In this document: positions 24,930 through 37,317 of the stretch, in pieces
Position numbering within the stretch: the stretch's first letter is position 1
Layout of the letters: the number at the start of each line of letters is the position of its first letter
Source of the DNA: Mobula hypostoma
Lineage: Eukaryota
DNA length: 64,000 nucleotides
Reading direction: 5' to 3'
NCBI RefSeq assembly: GCF_963921235.1
Contig: NC_086097.1
Location: forward strand, 175,276,001-175,340,000
Program-made: the position numbers and the translations under genes
The notes under the pieces: model-generated
The model's database searches: none
The model's input: only the letters and a program-made list of their open reading frames with translations
Told to the model about the DNA's origin: nothing

Positions 24930-27900
24930 AACCTTTTGATCATACCTCCCCTTATTTCCTTGATTCTGGTTGGTAGCCGCAACCTCAACTAATTCATAAG
25001 CCTTTTTCAGCTCCCTTCTCATATCAGACACATACTTAAGATGAACCTTCGGTAGTAGGTTGTCCTCATCAGTCCCAAGACAAAGGTCAAAAGACAATCT
25101 CGCCTAATGCCCAAACATCAAATAATATGGCGAGTACCCGATAGCTTCATTTTGTGTACAATCATAACAGTGTACCAGATGTCCAATATGTTGACTCCAC
25201 TTGCTCTTCTTGCTGATCTCCAAGATTCTGAGCATGTCTAGCAAGGTCCAATTGAACCTCTCGGACTAGGGATCATCTGCGGGTGACAAGGAGTAGTCCC
25301 TGACTTCTTGACTCCGAGCAAGCTCTGTAACTCATTGATGAGCCTCTTTGCGAAATCCAAACTCTGATCATTATGTATCCACCTGAGGAGGCCATAATAA
25401 ACAAAATACTTTGGCCATTGTGGACGCCCTCTGGTCCTTGGTAGGGAAAGCCTGTGCATATCTGGTGTAGTGATCTGTGATGACTAAGGCATTCGCCATG
25501 TTACTGGCATCTGGCTCTATTGATGGGAAATCCATATACATCAGGTCAAGGGGCCCCGCATTCTGCAAGTAGGACAAGGGAGTTGCCCGTGTAGGCAGCG
25601 TCTTCCTCCATATGCATTGAATGTACAACTTGCAGTATTCTTTGACCTCTGACTTTATCTGGGGCCAGTAAAACAGGTCTCTGAGCAATCCATAGGTTTT
25701 TTCAACCCCCTAATGTCCAGAATAATCATGAAGTGACTTCAACACCATCCTCCAATACTTCTCAGGCAGAACCAGCTGGGAATACTGACGTCAGTCCGGA
25801 GGTGACGTGACCTGAGATAGGATCCAGTTCCTCAACTCCAATCTGGGCCATTCTCTCAGTAATAGAGGCACTGCAGCGTGTTTTGTCTTCTCCGCTTGGG
25901 CCAAGTCTCCTTTTCAACCGCTGACCAAATGGTACCAATGCCCGGGTCATCCTGCTGAGCAGCTACCACTTCCCCAGGATTCGATTCTGGTAACTGGTTT
26001 GCCTTCAGAGCAGTCAGGTTACAGTAAACTTGTGGAATGGCGTCATCCGAAGCTCCCAATTGATCTACTGCTCGATCCTGTCCTTGCTTTCTGTCTGCCT
26101 TCACAGTGATGACAAACTGTCATATGGCTTTCACCCCCGGGGCAGGAATGCTTTCCCACTCCTCTTCCCTATCCAGCCCTTCATATGCATGTTGGGACAA
26201 AGCATTAGCATCAATTTTCCTACTTTCTGGCCGGTATTTCAGGCTGAAATCATAGGCAGACAACACCACCAGCCACCGATGGCCTATGACATCCAATTTT
26301 GCCGAGGTGAGGATATAAGTTAGGGGATTGTTGTCCATCCTCACCTCAAACTTGGCACCTTAGAGGTAGTCACTCAGCTTATCCACCACAGTCCATTTCA
26401 AAGCCAGAAACTGCAATTTATGCATGGGATAGTTTTTTTCAGAGGGTGACAGACTTCAACTGACAATCGCCCCGAGCCTCAACCTGGTGCCCTGATCCTG
26501 ATACAGGACACCCCCCCCCCCCAAGCCCTCTCTGCTGGCATTCATTTGCAGTACATACAGCATTCGGGGGTCTGCAAAAACTAGCACAGGCACCTGGGTC
26601 AGCATCTCCTTCAACGACTGAAAGGCCTCTTCACATTTTGCATTCCACCTTGGTCCAAAAGGCTCCGAAGGGCTAAGGTACTCCTTGCTCCCCTCTCCTT
26701 TTGTCCCCCTCCCTTTCTTCCCCAGGGAAGGTAACCACTAAGAAGCTGATTCAACAGGTGACTAACTTTCACGTAGCCCTTCACAAACCTCCAACAGTAA
26801 CCACAAAATCCGAGGAACAAGTGCAAATTGCTCACAGTCTGGGGCCTTGGCCAGGTGGTCACTGCATCCATCTTAGACAGGTCTGTAGCTACTCCATTCC
26901 GGGAAACTATGTGCCCAACATAGCCAACAGACGTCTTCTGGAACTGTCATTTGTCCAGGGAAAGTTTTAACCCTTCAGCTTTCAGGCGGCCCAGCACCTT
27001 CAGTAGCCTTGCTTCATGTTCTTCCAAGGTGGACCCAAACACTATGAGGTCACCCAGATACACCAATACCTCGAGCAAGTTAGTACCCCCACCGTTTTCT
27101 CCATGACCCGCTGGAAAGTTGCAGGGGCTCCTGATATGCCCTGGGGCATCCTTTCAAACTGGAAGAATCCCAGTGTACTTATAAATGCCGTCTTCTCTTT
27201 GTCAGCCTCACTCATGGGGATCTGGTAATATCCACTCCTCAAGTCCAACACACTGAACCACTTCACACCACTCAGACAGGCCAGAGCGTCTTCAATCCTC
27301 GGGACAGTATACTGGTCAGGGACAGTACGCCTGTACACACACATCCGTACCTTCCCATTCTTCTTTCTGGCCACTACTATTGGGGACGCATGGGGGCTTC
27401 GGGACTCGGTGATGATCCCAGCTTCCTTCAACTTTCATAAGTGCTGCTGAACGTCTTTCACCTCTGCAGGGGCCAGTCGTTGCGACCTCTCTCTGAACGG
27501 GGTATCCTCGGTCTCCTGGATAGTGGGACGAGTGCTCTTAGAACAATCCAGAACAAACTTGTCAGTGGAAAAGACACCTTCCAGCTTCAGCATCTTCTCT
27601 ACCAACCTCCTCTTCCAACCTGCAGGAACCGGGGAGTCCCTGAAGTTGAATGACTCAGCAATCAACCTTCCCCCTTTTTCCACTAGTTTCTCCCTGGCTT
27701 GTCTCACAGGGACACGAGACATTACCGTCACTGGGAAGAAATGCGCCAGGGGCATCCCCTGCTTGAAGATGACTTCCCTCTTTGTACTGTTCCTCACAAT
27801 CACTGCCGTCCTGTTTGCCTGTACAACAGAGAGCTTCTGCAGTTTGGGTCTCACCAGTACCCCAGCAGACACTCCCGACTCCTCTTCATGGTCTTCCGGA

Positions 27901-29973
27901 GCATCCACCAACCAGGCCTCACCCTCGGGCATTCCGGGAAATTTGGAGTTTCCGATTACTCTCGCTACTTCCCCGGGCCGTAACATGATTGGCTTGGACT
28001 GGGTGAACCACACAGTCCCTTGTCTAAACTCGTTATCCGGCCCAGCGCAGACACACACTTTCTCAAAAGCAGCTCGAAACACCGGGTGAATGGACAATGT
28101 CCTCAGGAAGCTCTCTCCATCTTTCTCCTTGCAGGCTCCCATGAGCCTCCGCACAATAGGAGTGTTGGTCCCCAGAAGAATTGAAATGCCACCCTTCTCA
28201 ACGGGGTCCAGACAAACTAACGCTAATGTATACGGGCCTCAGCCACTCCCACATTAGCCTCCAAAAACTCCAGCTTCACTGACAAATAACCATCATACAG
28301 ATGATCACCCACACTAAGACCCCAGATCTCTCGTGCACTGAATGGTAAATGCATCAAGTACCCATTGTAAAATGAATGGTACAGCAAAGTGACCTGTTCA
28401 CCAGCAACTTTGATGTGTGTTCCCTGTGTCAAGTATGGCTCTAGCATAAACACACTATCTGTAGCGATACACTGGAGCTTGGCCCCACTAAGCCTTCAGA
28501 AATAGGGTTCTTTGCTTTAGGGTTTTCCTTGATATATTGCTGGGAATGTGTTCCCCCCGCCCCCGATACGCCAGGCCATTCCCCCCACTGCGTCTCCTTT
28601 AAGTTTTCCCATCAACTCTCTCTGCTTAGGTACCCAGGGGCTCCCTCTCCGATGGGTTTCCTGTCGTTCACACTCCCACCTGAAGTGTCCTTCTTCACCA
28701 CAGTTAAAACAGACAATACCGGCTGCTAGCAGACCTCGGTATAGTCTGTTCCCTTAGAGGAACCACCTCCCTATCAGCTTCATCATATGGGTGGGGGGGG
28801 GGTCACACCTGCTTATTACAACTGGGACATCTCTGTTCTTAACTTTGCCGCAGTCTCCTCTACCATTCCTTGGAGCATGCTACCTGTGGTCACTTCACCA
28901 CAGGGGACCACTACCGAGGACTGTACTGTGCTGAAGGAGGCCTCCCATGCCTCTGATGCATTCTCCTCCTCCCGCACTTCTCTGATCAGCTCAACAAATG
29001 AGGGAGAGGGGACATCTTACGAGACGGTCGGAGACCCCAAGCGATCAGGTCCTGAGACTGGGCGCCCTTTGCTACCTGGTCCATTCTTAACTGATCCACC
29101 TCAGCCGCCTTAATGGCCCCTCTGCACCTCTCTAGCCGAAAGATGTAGGAAGAAAGATTTCCCCCTTCTCCTGACGCATGTTCTGAAACCCCACCATGAG
29201 CTCCATTGGGCTTCCTGTCATGCCAAATGCCTTTTCCAGTGCTCCCATGTAATCTCCCATAGTTGCTCGGGGATACCAGGACCTGACAACTCTCACAACG
29301 TCAGCAGCCCGCCCACTCAAACTCTCAACTAATCCCTGTCACTTTACATCATCAGAGCACTGCCACTCATCTAACAACTGAGAGGTGTGCTCCACCCAAG
29401 TCTCATACTGCTCTTACCCTTTAGGCGTTGGCGTATTTCCACAGAATAGGCAGAGCCTACCATAGCTGGGCATTTTTCCATTTATTCGCCAGAGAGGTAA
29501 GGGCAGGTACTAACTCAGAATTCTCACTCTTCCCTGGGGGACAGGGACTAAGTAGCCATTCCAAATCCAACCACTCCTTTCCCTCACTCCTCTCCCTCAC
29601 TCCTCAGAAATGACAGAACCCTGCCTTTGAAGTCTCCGCCCCCAGCTACAGGAAGCTGGACTTGTGATTCAGCCCGCTCTGCTACCGTTACATCAGCTCT
29701 AGTCTGCAGTAAAACAAAGGCTGTGCCTGCCATTTTATCAAACCTCCGCCCCGCAATTGTAACTTTTCCAACAATTTTGACAGTACTTAACATGCGAATT
29801 AACCATTCATCTGGAGTACAAATATCTACCCCACTCAACACGCACGCATTAGTTACCGCTCCAACATGGCAGCATCCATACCAGCACAGACTTAAACACA
29901 CAACCCACGGGTTCAATACTTAGGGCAAACACACAGCATCCAACGAAATGAATCCTGGGTGAGCCCCCACAAT

Positions 29974-30502
29974 TGTAACCATCAGGGTCGGCTGGTGGCG
30001 ATTGTCAAGGGGAAGATAGTATCCAGCCCTACCAAACTTGTTTTCTCCTGTTACAAATCGGTACCATGAAATAATGAACAATACACCATATGCAATTAAG
30101 CAATTGAGTTTTATAAATCTTAATTTGACTATAGGGTTAGTAGAGAAAACAAAAAGAAAAAAGGGCCCATTTTAATGAAAGCCTAATGTGCACGTTGGAG
30201 CTCACGATTTTCCCGCCTGTTCATTCTCCATCAATTTCCCCCGAGCATCATCGACTCCCGACCGCCTTCCAAGTCCTCTCCATCCTGCAGTCTACGACCT
30301 CTCCGTTCTGACCTCTTCTCTCTCCATCTTCTGCCAAACAAAAGCCCACAAATCCCTCGCTCTCGGGCAGACACGAAAGAAAAACCTCCCCTCATTGGAT
30401 GCCACACATTCCAAAGCCCCTGTTATCTCTCGTCATAACCCAAACGCTGTTGCTACAGAGACACCATTACATTAGCAGTGAAACCTTTCCCAGGGTGTTA
30501 CA
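29974..30502 (-). repeat. 5' LTR of the Gypsy element
   Basis: 529 bp, with a ~33-bp deletion relative to the other LTR; followed on the minus strand by the PBS. Confidence 0.93.
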
Positions 30503-30765
30503 CTCCTCTATCACGTCAGCCTTCATCCTCCTCCATTCTAAAGAGAAAAACCCTAGTACTCAACCTATTCTCAAAAAAACATGCTCTTTAATCCAAGCAG
30601 CACCTTGGTAAATCTCCTCTGCATGCTCTCTAAAGTTTCCACATCCTTCCTATAATGAGACAACTGGAAACATGCTGGGTTCAGTACTGTATGACTCTAT
30701 AGAATGAACTGGGAGGTGGGACTAAGTTACTTAAGAAAAAACAGGCAAAGTACCTTAATGACTAC

Positions 30766-31250
30766 TGTAAGTTTTTGTAAATAAAACATCAGAGGCTTTT
30801 GAAGTTTAAGGGAAACCATTACAACTCACCCTATTGTCAACCAAATACAGAACATAGAGTGTGGTTAAAAAAACGCACATAATTACATCATCACGTCAGA
30901 CCAGCCTCTGAAAGTGAACCCCTAACTCAATGTTGGTGGTTGTGAATTCTGCACATATTTCCACCCCTGACATTATCCTACAGAGGCCACATCCCCCATC
31001 CCCGTCCCCCCCAAGAATTCACCAAAACTGACATGTGAGCCTGTCCGGAGCTCCAACGGGCCATTCAGCTGGGGTCCGTTGTGCCATGGGAGGAGTAACT
31101 GCAGTTTCCTCTGGCTGGTCCAGAGGTATGTTGACACGCTCATGGTTTTGTTGTGATGGCAGGTGCACGGTAGCAGAATCCTCCAACTTTTGGTGGGTTG
31201 GTTTAAGATGATCCACTGAAATACATTCAGATTTACACCTCCTATTTATG
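30766..31250 (-). mobile_element. 3' remnant of a second LTR retrotransposon (LTR, PPT, integrase C-terminus)
   Basis: TG...CA segment 30766-30991; purine tract on the minus strand at 30992-31012; upstream peptide DHLKP typical of the Gypsy integrase end. Confidence 0.6.
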
Positions 31251-34149
31251 AGGTGTTACAAAATACAGAATATTTCATAATTAAGCAAGCTATAAATCGA
31301 TACACTGTGGTATCTGGTGAAACTGCGATTGGAAGTTGAAAAATGTCATATTGAACACGTTATGAATGCCCAATGTTAGCTGTGGCTCTGTGAACTTGAT
31401 GCTGAACTTTGAGTCAGGAGATTTTGAATTCTAGTCTGATTTCCAGGTCAACATTATAATGCAGCACTGGATGAGCTAGACACTTTCATACTTGCTCTGC
31501 CTTAGATGAGACATCAATTCAGGAGCTTGTCTGCTCAGGAACATAGAGAGGTATAGTACAGGCCTTTCAGCCCAGAACTTTTTAGTGTTCTCCAAGATCA
31601 ATCTAATTCTTCGTTGCTAGATAGCCCTCTGTTTTTCTTTCATCCATGCGCCAATCTAAGAATCTCTTAAATATTTCTGTCTCTACCACCGACCCTGGCA
31701 ACATGACCCATGCATTTACCACTCTCTGTGCAAAAAAAACTTACCTCTCACATTCCCCCCTATATTTTCCTCCATTCACCTTATCTTCTTTTTAAGCCTA
31801 TTACCCCTCCAGGGGCACAAGTCTGCCTACTGCAGTTCACCTGAGTACTCTCTCCTGGACCAGACTTTCAAGTTGTCCCCAGATGTAGCCCATCTTCGAA
31901 GATCCTTCCTCTCTGAGTAATGAAGTCTTTGGAGCTTTTGTTGGCATCTCTGTAGCACTGGGTTTTTATGATATGGGGTTGCTAGCCGATGTCCAACCCT
32001 CCTTTCGCAGGCGGATTTGGGACTGTCCGTGGTGGAGTCCAATCACCTGATAATCATTTCATATTATTCATTGCCATCCTGGTAAAAGAGTACTGATATC
32101 CACTCTATTTCTCTTATGATCTCATACACTTCTATCAAGTCTTCTCTCATACTCCTTTACTCCAAAGAGAGAAGTCCTAGGTTGCTCAACCTTTCCTCAA
32201 TGGACATGCTCTCTATTCCAGGCAGCATCCTGGTAAATCTCCTCTGCACTCTGTCTAAAGCTTCTACATCCTTCCTATAATGAGGCAACCAGAACTGAAT
32301 ACAATACTCCATGTGCCCTAACCAGAGTTTAAAAGAGCTGCAACATTACTTCAACTCAAACCTTCAACTCACGAAGGCCAACACACCATATGCCTTGTTA
32401 ACTACCCCATCAATTTGCTCCCTTAGGTAAAAAGATCCTTTAGAATTACCCAAAGAGGAATTCCACCTGTGATCTGGGCCAATATTTAAATCTCACCAAA
32501 ATGACAAATTTTCATTGTGGTAGCTTGTAGTGTAGCAATTGGTCACCGTATTTAATACATCTCATGGGTAAGAAAGCTTAACAGTGCCTTTACTTCCTTA
32601 GAAAGCTAAAGAAATTCACATTTCCTCCTTGACTCTCACTAGTTTTTTACTGAGACACCATAGAGATCATCCTGTCTGGATATATCCCAACCTGGTATGG
32701 CAGCTGCTCTGCTGAGACTGCAAGAAACTTCAGAGGGCTGTGGACATCATGTTGTGGACTCTCTCAGCACAGCATGGAAAACAGTCTCCTCTCCATGGAG
32801 TACTTGTCCAATTAGTATCGTTTTAGAGGAGATTTATCAGGATGCTGATTGGATTAGAGAGCATGCCTTATGAGGATAGGTTGAGTGAGCTCGGGCATTT
32901 TTCTTTGGAGCAAAGGAGGATGAAAAGTGACTTGATAGAGGTGTATAAGATGACAACATGCATAGATAGAGTGGATAGCAAGAGGCTTTTTCCCCTAGGT
33001 GGAAGTGGTTAACATGAGGGGGCGTGATTTTAAGATGATTGGAGGAAAGTATGGGGAGGATGTTTGTTTGTTTGTTTTTTTATTACACAGGGAGCGGTGG
33101 GTGTGTGGAAAATACTGCCGGGGTGGTGGAAGAAGTAGATACATTAGGGACATTTAAGAGGCTCTTAGGTAAGCATGTAGATGAAAGAAAAATGGAGGGC
33201 TATCTGGAAGGGAGGGATTGGTCAGAAAGAATGAAAATCTATGAATAAGTGAACAGGAATGAGGCAAGGGCAATGGAAACAGACAGAAACAAAAGTCTCT
33301 GTTCTTGCTGTGTAGTGGCAGGAATGGAGGTGGCCATTTTGTGAAACTGTCCTTGCAGCCACCATTTTGTGAACTGTTTGGTGAACTGCTTCTTACTCAG
33401 GGATAACTTAATCAGACAGTTGAACGTGGACACAAGTAATTTCTGCTAATGATCTGCTAAACCTGAGACCATTCTCAGATGAGAAGCTCTTTATTATGTA
33501 AAATGTAAATTTGTAGAAGAAACAGCTGAGCCCAGTGTTTGGGAGAACTGGTTAGACTGGTTTGAACCAGGCTGAGTTAGAAAAAATAGCAAAGGAAGTC
33601 ACCTTAGACACAAGGCTAGAGGAAAGGCTATAAAGTAATATTGCTTGTAGCCTTGGGCTACTTCCAATGGGAATCTGACACAGGTCAGTCGGATGACCTT
33701 AAACCAATAAAACTGAAACATCATAGATTGATCTGAAACACGACAAAATCTGCAGGTCCGGATGAAGGGTTTTGGGTTGAAACATTGACCGTTTAATCTT
33801 TTTCATAGATTCTGCCTGGCCTGCTGAATTCCTCCAGCATTTTGTGTGTCTGTTGCATAGATTGGTCTGATAAGGAAAGGAGTAAGAATGACTCCACTTC
33901 AGACACATGGAAATTACACTGGCACCACAAGGAACCCCTAGACTCTTTTACCTGGCTTATTATCTTTTCTATTCTTTGACTGTTCATAGAGGGATAGAGA
34001 AACCCAGTAGGTGTGCACACAGATGTAAATTCACATGCTTGTGAACTGGGCCAATAAAGGCACTTGTCAGGAAATACAGATTCTCTGTGTGCCTAACTGA
34101 TCATTATTATTGAGGGGTAATCCTTATAACAGAAGGGTTAGATCTTAGA

Positions 34150-34460
34150 CAACAGGAATTCTGCAGATGCTGGAAATTCAAGCAACACACATCAAAGTTG
34201 CTGGTGAACGCAGCAGGCCAAGCAGCATCTGTAGGAAGAGGTGCAGTTGACATTTCAGGCCGAGACCCTTCGTCAGGACTAACTGAAGGAAGAGTGAGTA
34301 AGGGATTTGAAAGTTGGAGGGGGAGGGGGAGATCCAAAAAAAATCCCTTACTCACTCTTCCTTCAGTTAGTCCTGACGAAGGGTCTCGGCCTGAAACGTC
34401 GACTGCACCTCTTCCTACAGATGCTGCTTGGCCTGCTGCGTTCACCAGCAACTTTGAGGT
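34150..34460. mobile_element. Palindromic Penelope-like insertion (117-bp inverted arms, 32-bp spacer, 14-bp TSD)
   Basis: Arms 34192-34308 and 34341-34457 differ at 2 positions; TSD ggttagatcttaga at 34136-34149 and 34461-34474. Confidence 0.9.
34369..34404 (+). ncRNA. Minimal type I hammerhead ribozyme motif (Penelope-associated)
   Basis: agtc-CTGACGA-agggtctcggcct-GAAA-C-GTC-gact: stem I agtc/gact, core CUGANGA, stem II hairpin, GAAA, loopless palindromic stem III (ACGT), GUC cleavage triplet ending at 34400. Confidence 0.72.
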
Positions 34461-35804
34461 GGTTAGATCTTAGAACAGGTTAAAAGGTCAGCACAACATT
34501 GTGGGCTGAAGGAGCTGTACTGTGCTGTATTGTTCTATGTTCCGTGAGACACAAGAAAGACTGCATATATACAGGACATCTGAGTTGGATGATCAGCCAT
34601 GATCATACTGAATGGTGGTGCAGGCTCGATGGGCCAAATGGCCTACTCCTGCACCTATTTTCTATGTTTCTATGTTTCTATCTGGAGCAACGCACACACA
34701 AAATGCTGGAGGTACTCAGCGGATCACGCAGCATCTGTGGAGAAATGAATAGATGACACTTCAGGCTGAGATCCTTCATCATGCTCCCCTCCATGGACTC
34801 TACACTTCTTGCTCATTCAGTAAAGCAACCAACATAACCAAAGATCCCACCCACCCTGGACATTTTCTCTTCTCCATCCTCTCACTGGCAGAAGATTTAA
34901 AATCCTGAAGACACATACCACCAGGCTCAAGGGCAGGAACGAAGGGATTAACATACGAGGAACATTTGGTAGCAATGTGCCTGTACTCACTGGAATTTAG
35001 AAGAATGCGGGGGAATCGCTTTGAAACCTACCGAATGTTGAAAGGACTAGATAGGGTGGATGTGGAGAGGATGTTTCCTATGGTGAGGGTATCCAGAACC
35101 AGAGGACACAGCCTCAAAATTGAGGAGCAATGTTTTAGAACAGAGGTAAGGAGGATTTTTTTAGCCAGAGAGTAGTGAATCTGTGAAATGCTGTGGTGGA
35201 GGCCAAGTCCGTGGTATATTTAAGGTGGATGTTGACAGTTTCTGTTTCCTGGTCGGTCAGAGCATCAAAGGATATGGGAAGAAGGCAGGTGTATGCGTTG
35301 GAGTGGGATCCGGGATCAGACATGATGGAATGGCGGAGCAGACTCGATGGGCTGATTGGCCTAATTCTACTCCTATGTCTTGTGGACTTATGGTCTTATG
35401 GACAGCGTCTACCCCTCTGCCATAAAATTGTTGAATGATTATCTAATACAATAAAATGGACTCTTGACTTTACAGTCTACCTCATTATGGCCTTGCACTG
35501 TATTGTCTGCCGGTACTGCACTTTCTCTGTAACTGTAACAATTTATTCTGCATTCAGCTTGTACTGATGTTGTGAAATAATTTGTATTGATGGCATGCAA
35601 ACCCAAGTTTTTCCATTGTACCTCATATCCATGGCAATAATAAACTAAGTTATCAATTTACAGGTACATCATGGTGCATTTGATTGTTTGTAAAGCATCC
35701 TGAAGTCACTAAACATATCATATGCGTAAATAAAGTACTTTCCAGTTAATGGCAATCAAAATTATCAGTGTCATTGGAACAGTACAATAAAGAAAAATGC
35801 CCTC

Positions 35805-35996
35805 AACTCCAAGTGGAGTCATCGGAACGCCGTCATGATAGCGTTTTTTTGGCAGGCTTTCTGAGTTTTACAAGGCCGAGTTGCTAGCTCGACGCTCAAC
35901 CCAGGATGGATGGAAAGTGTTCAAGGGAGCCGGCTGGATTTGAACTCAAGAGCCTTTGCTCTGAAGTCCGGCACTGATGCCACTACGCCACCAGCC
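35805..35996 (-). mobile_element. tRNA-derived SINE
   Basis: Minus strand begins ggctggTGGCGTAGTGG (A-box) ... GAGTTCAAATCC (B-box), followed by a non-tRNA body. Confidence 0.7.
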
Positions 35997-36026
35997 AACT
36001 AACTATACAGTAACAAAAGCAATTAC

Positions 36027-36231
36027 CTGCACACAGGCTCTCCATTCAGTTCAATGCAGACTCCTTCATTTTGACATTGAAAGCCAATGCATAATTCTGG
36101 GATATTTGTCACCGGTTTGTCAGTTGCTGGCTTGCTGGTCAAGTTGGTGATAGGATGGGGTGTGAGCTTGTTTGTGGTGGAATGGTAGGGAGCTGATGGT
36201 GTAGGTTGACTGGCTACAAGATGTGATGCAT
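36027..36231 (-). CDS. mep1b: Meprin A beta exon 13 (Ser/Thr/Pro stalk and EGF-like domain)
   Basis: DASHLVASQPTPSAP...ELCIGFQCQNEGVCIELNGEPVCR; tttcag| and |gtaatt; 205 nt, phase 1 to 2. Confidence 0.9.
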
Positions 36232-36277
36232 CTGAAAGATCAGAGAACAGCACACATCATAGCTTATACAATCAGAT

Positions 36278-36880
36278 TTGTTTTTTTCAAAAATATATTT
36301 ATTCCAACTCTACAACAAACATTGGAGACAACAGCGATAGCTAACATGAACTATATTAAAATAGTCCCATCCTCACCGAAGGTGCCATTCATCCCCTGTG
36401 GTACCCAACAGTCCCAGAACACCTCTATTGCATCTTTGGACAGTGCATGTTTTTTTCTCCAAGGTTACTTGGGCATGGACAAACCCTGGCAAAATGGCCA
36501 GACAGTCAGCACAGGTGGAGCCCTCAGCTGCCTGTCTTCAGGACTCATTGATAGCTAACTCGGCCAACCCCCGGAGCAAGTTGACAAGGATGTCCTCCTC
36601 CCCCCTTGCCTCCCTCTGTACTGGATAACTAAACATGAAGAAGATGGGGCTAAAATGCAGCCAGAAGACAAGGAGAAGCCCCCTTAGATAAGTGAAAAGG
36701 GGCTGCAGCTTTGCACACTTCACGTACATGTACTAAATGGCCTTTTACAGCCCATAGAAGAGGCAAGTGGCTGGCAGATGCATATACGGGCTTAGAAATT
36801 TATTGCAGGGCACTGCGCTATGCAGTAGCCTGCACTCCAGATCACATTCGGTAACTTCTACACGCCTGATCCAACACATT
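36278..36880 (-). mobile_element. Tx1/L1-like LINE 3' fragment
   Basis: Peptide YVKCAKLQPLFTYLRGLLLVFWLHFSP...LVNLLRGLAELAI; AATAAA and an A-rich tail on the minus strand at ~36278-36303. Confidence 0.6.
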
Positions 36881-37317
36881 TTCTCAATCAAAATCAGAAT
36901 TAGAATTAGATGTGTATATCATGAAATTTATGTCATGAAATTTGTTTTGTGGCACAGTACAGTGCAAAAATTACTGCAAGTTACAATTTAAAAATGATTG
37001 CAAAAGAGGAATAGGGAGGTAGTGTTCATGGGTTTGTGGGTCATTCAGAAATCTGTTGGCTGAAAGGAAGAAACTGTTCCTAAATCATTGAGTGTGGGTC
37101 TTCATGATCCTGTACCTCTTCCCAGATGATGAGGATAGTGAGGATTGTGAACTTGAAATGTTAACTCTACTTCTAGTTTCAGATGCTGCCCAGTTTTCAA
37201 TAGGCTTCAATAGGTACAATGTACATTTAATGTATACAATATACATCTTGAAATTTGCTGAGTACTTCCAGAATTTTTTGTCTATATACCAATTAAAGCA
37301 AAATGCTCAGATACCTT

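Larger units (their letters stand above)
22890..30502 (-). mobile_element. Full-length degenerate Ty3/Gypsy LTR retrotransposon inserted in a CR1 fragment
   Basis: LTRs at 22890-23451 and 29974-30502 (TGT...ACA); PPT at 23452-23471; PBS TGGGGGCTCACCCAGGAT at 29952-29969; PNMA-like gag; CCHC knuckle CFNCGEEGHFRWEC (~28670-28712); RT ([28 protein letters not shown]); RNase H (DNNPLTYIL); integrase (DHYTRYAQAFPT). Degenerate 4-bp TSD cccc/ctcc; the host CR1 resumes at 30503. Confidence 0.95.

Noticed and set aside
34107..34473. Mirror-image ORFs MLVNAAGQAASVGRG on both strands
   Set aside because: A consequence of the inverted repeat; no evidence of coding function.
35920..35996. Possible tRNA genes (also 45615-45688)
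   Set aside because: A and B boxes are present, but I could not fold a clean cloverleaf and each continues into a SINE body.
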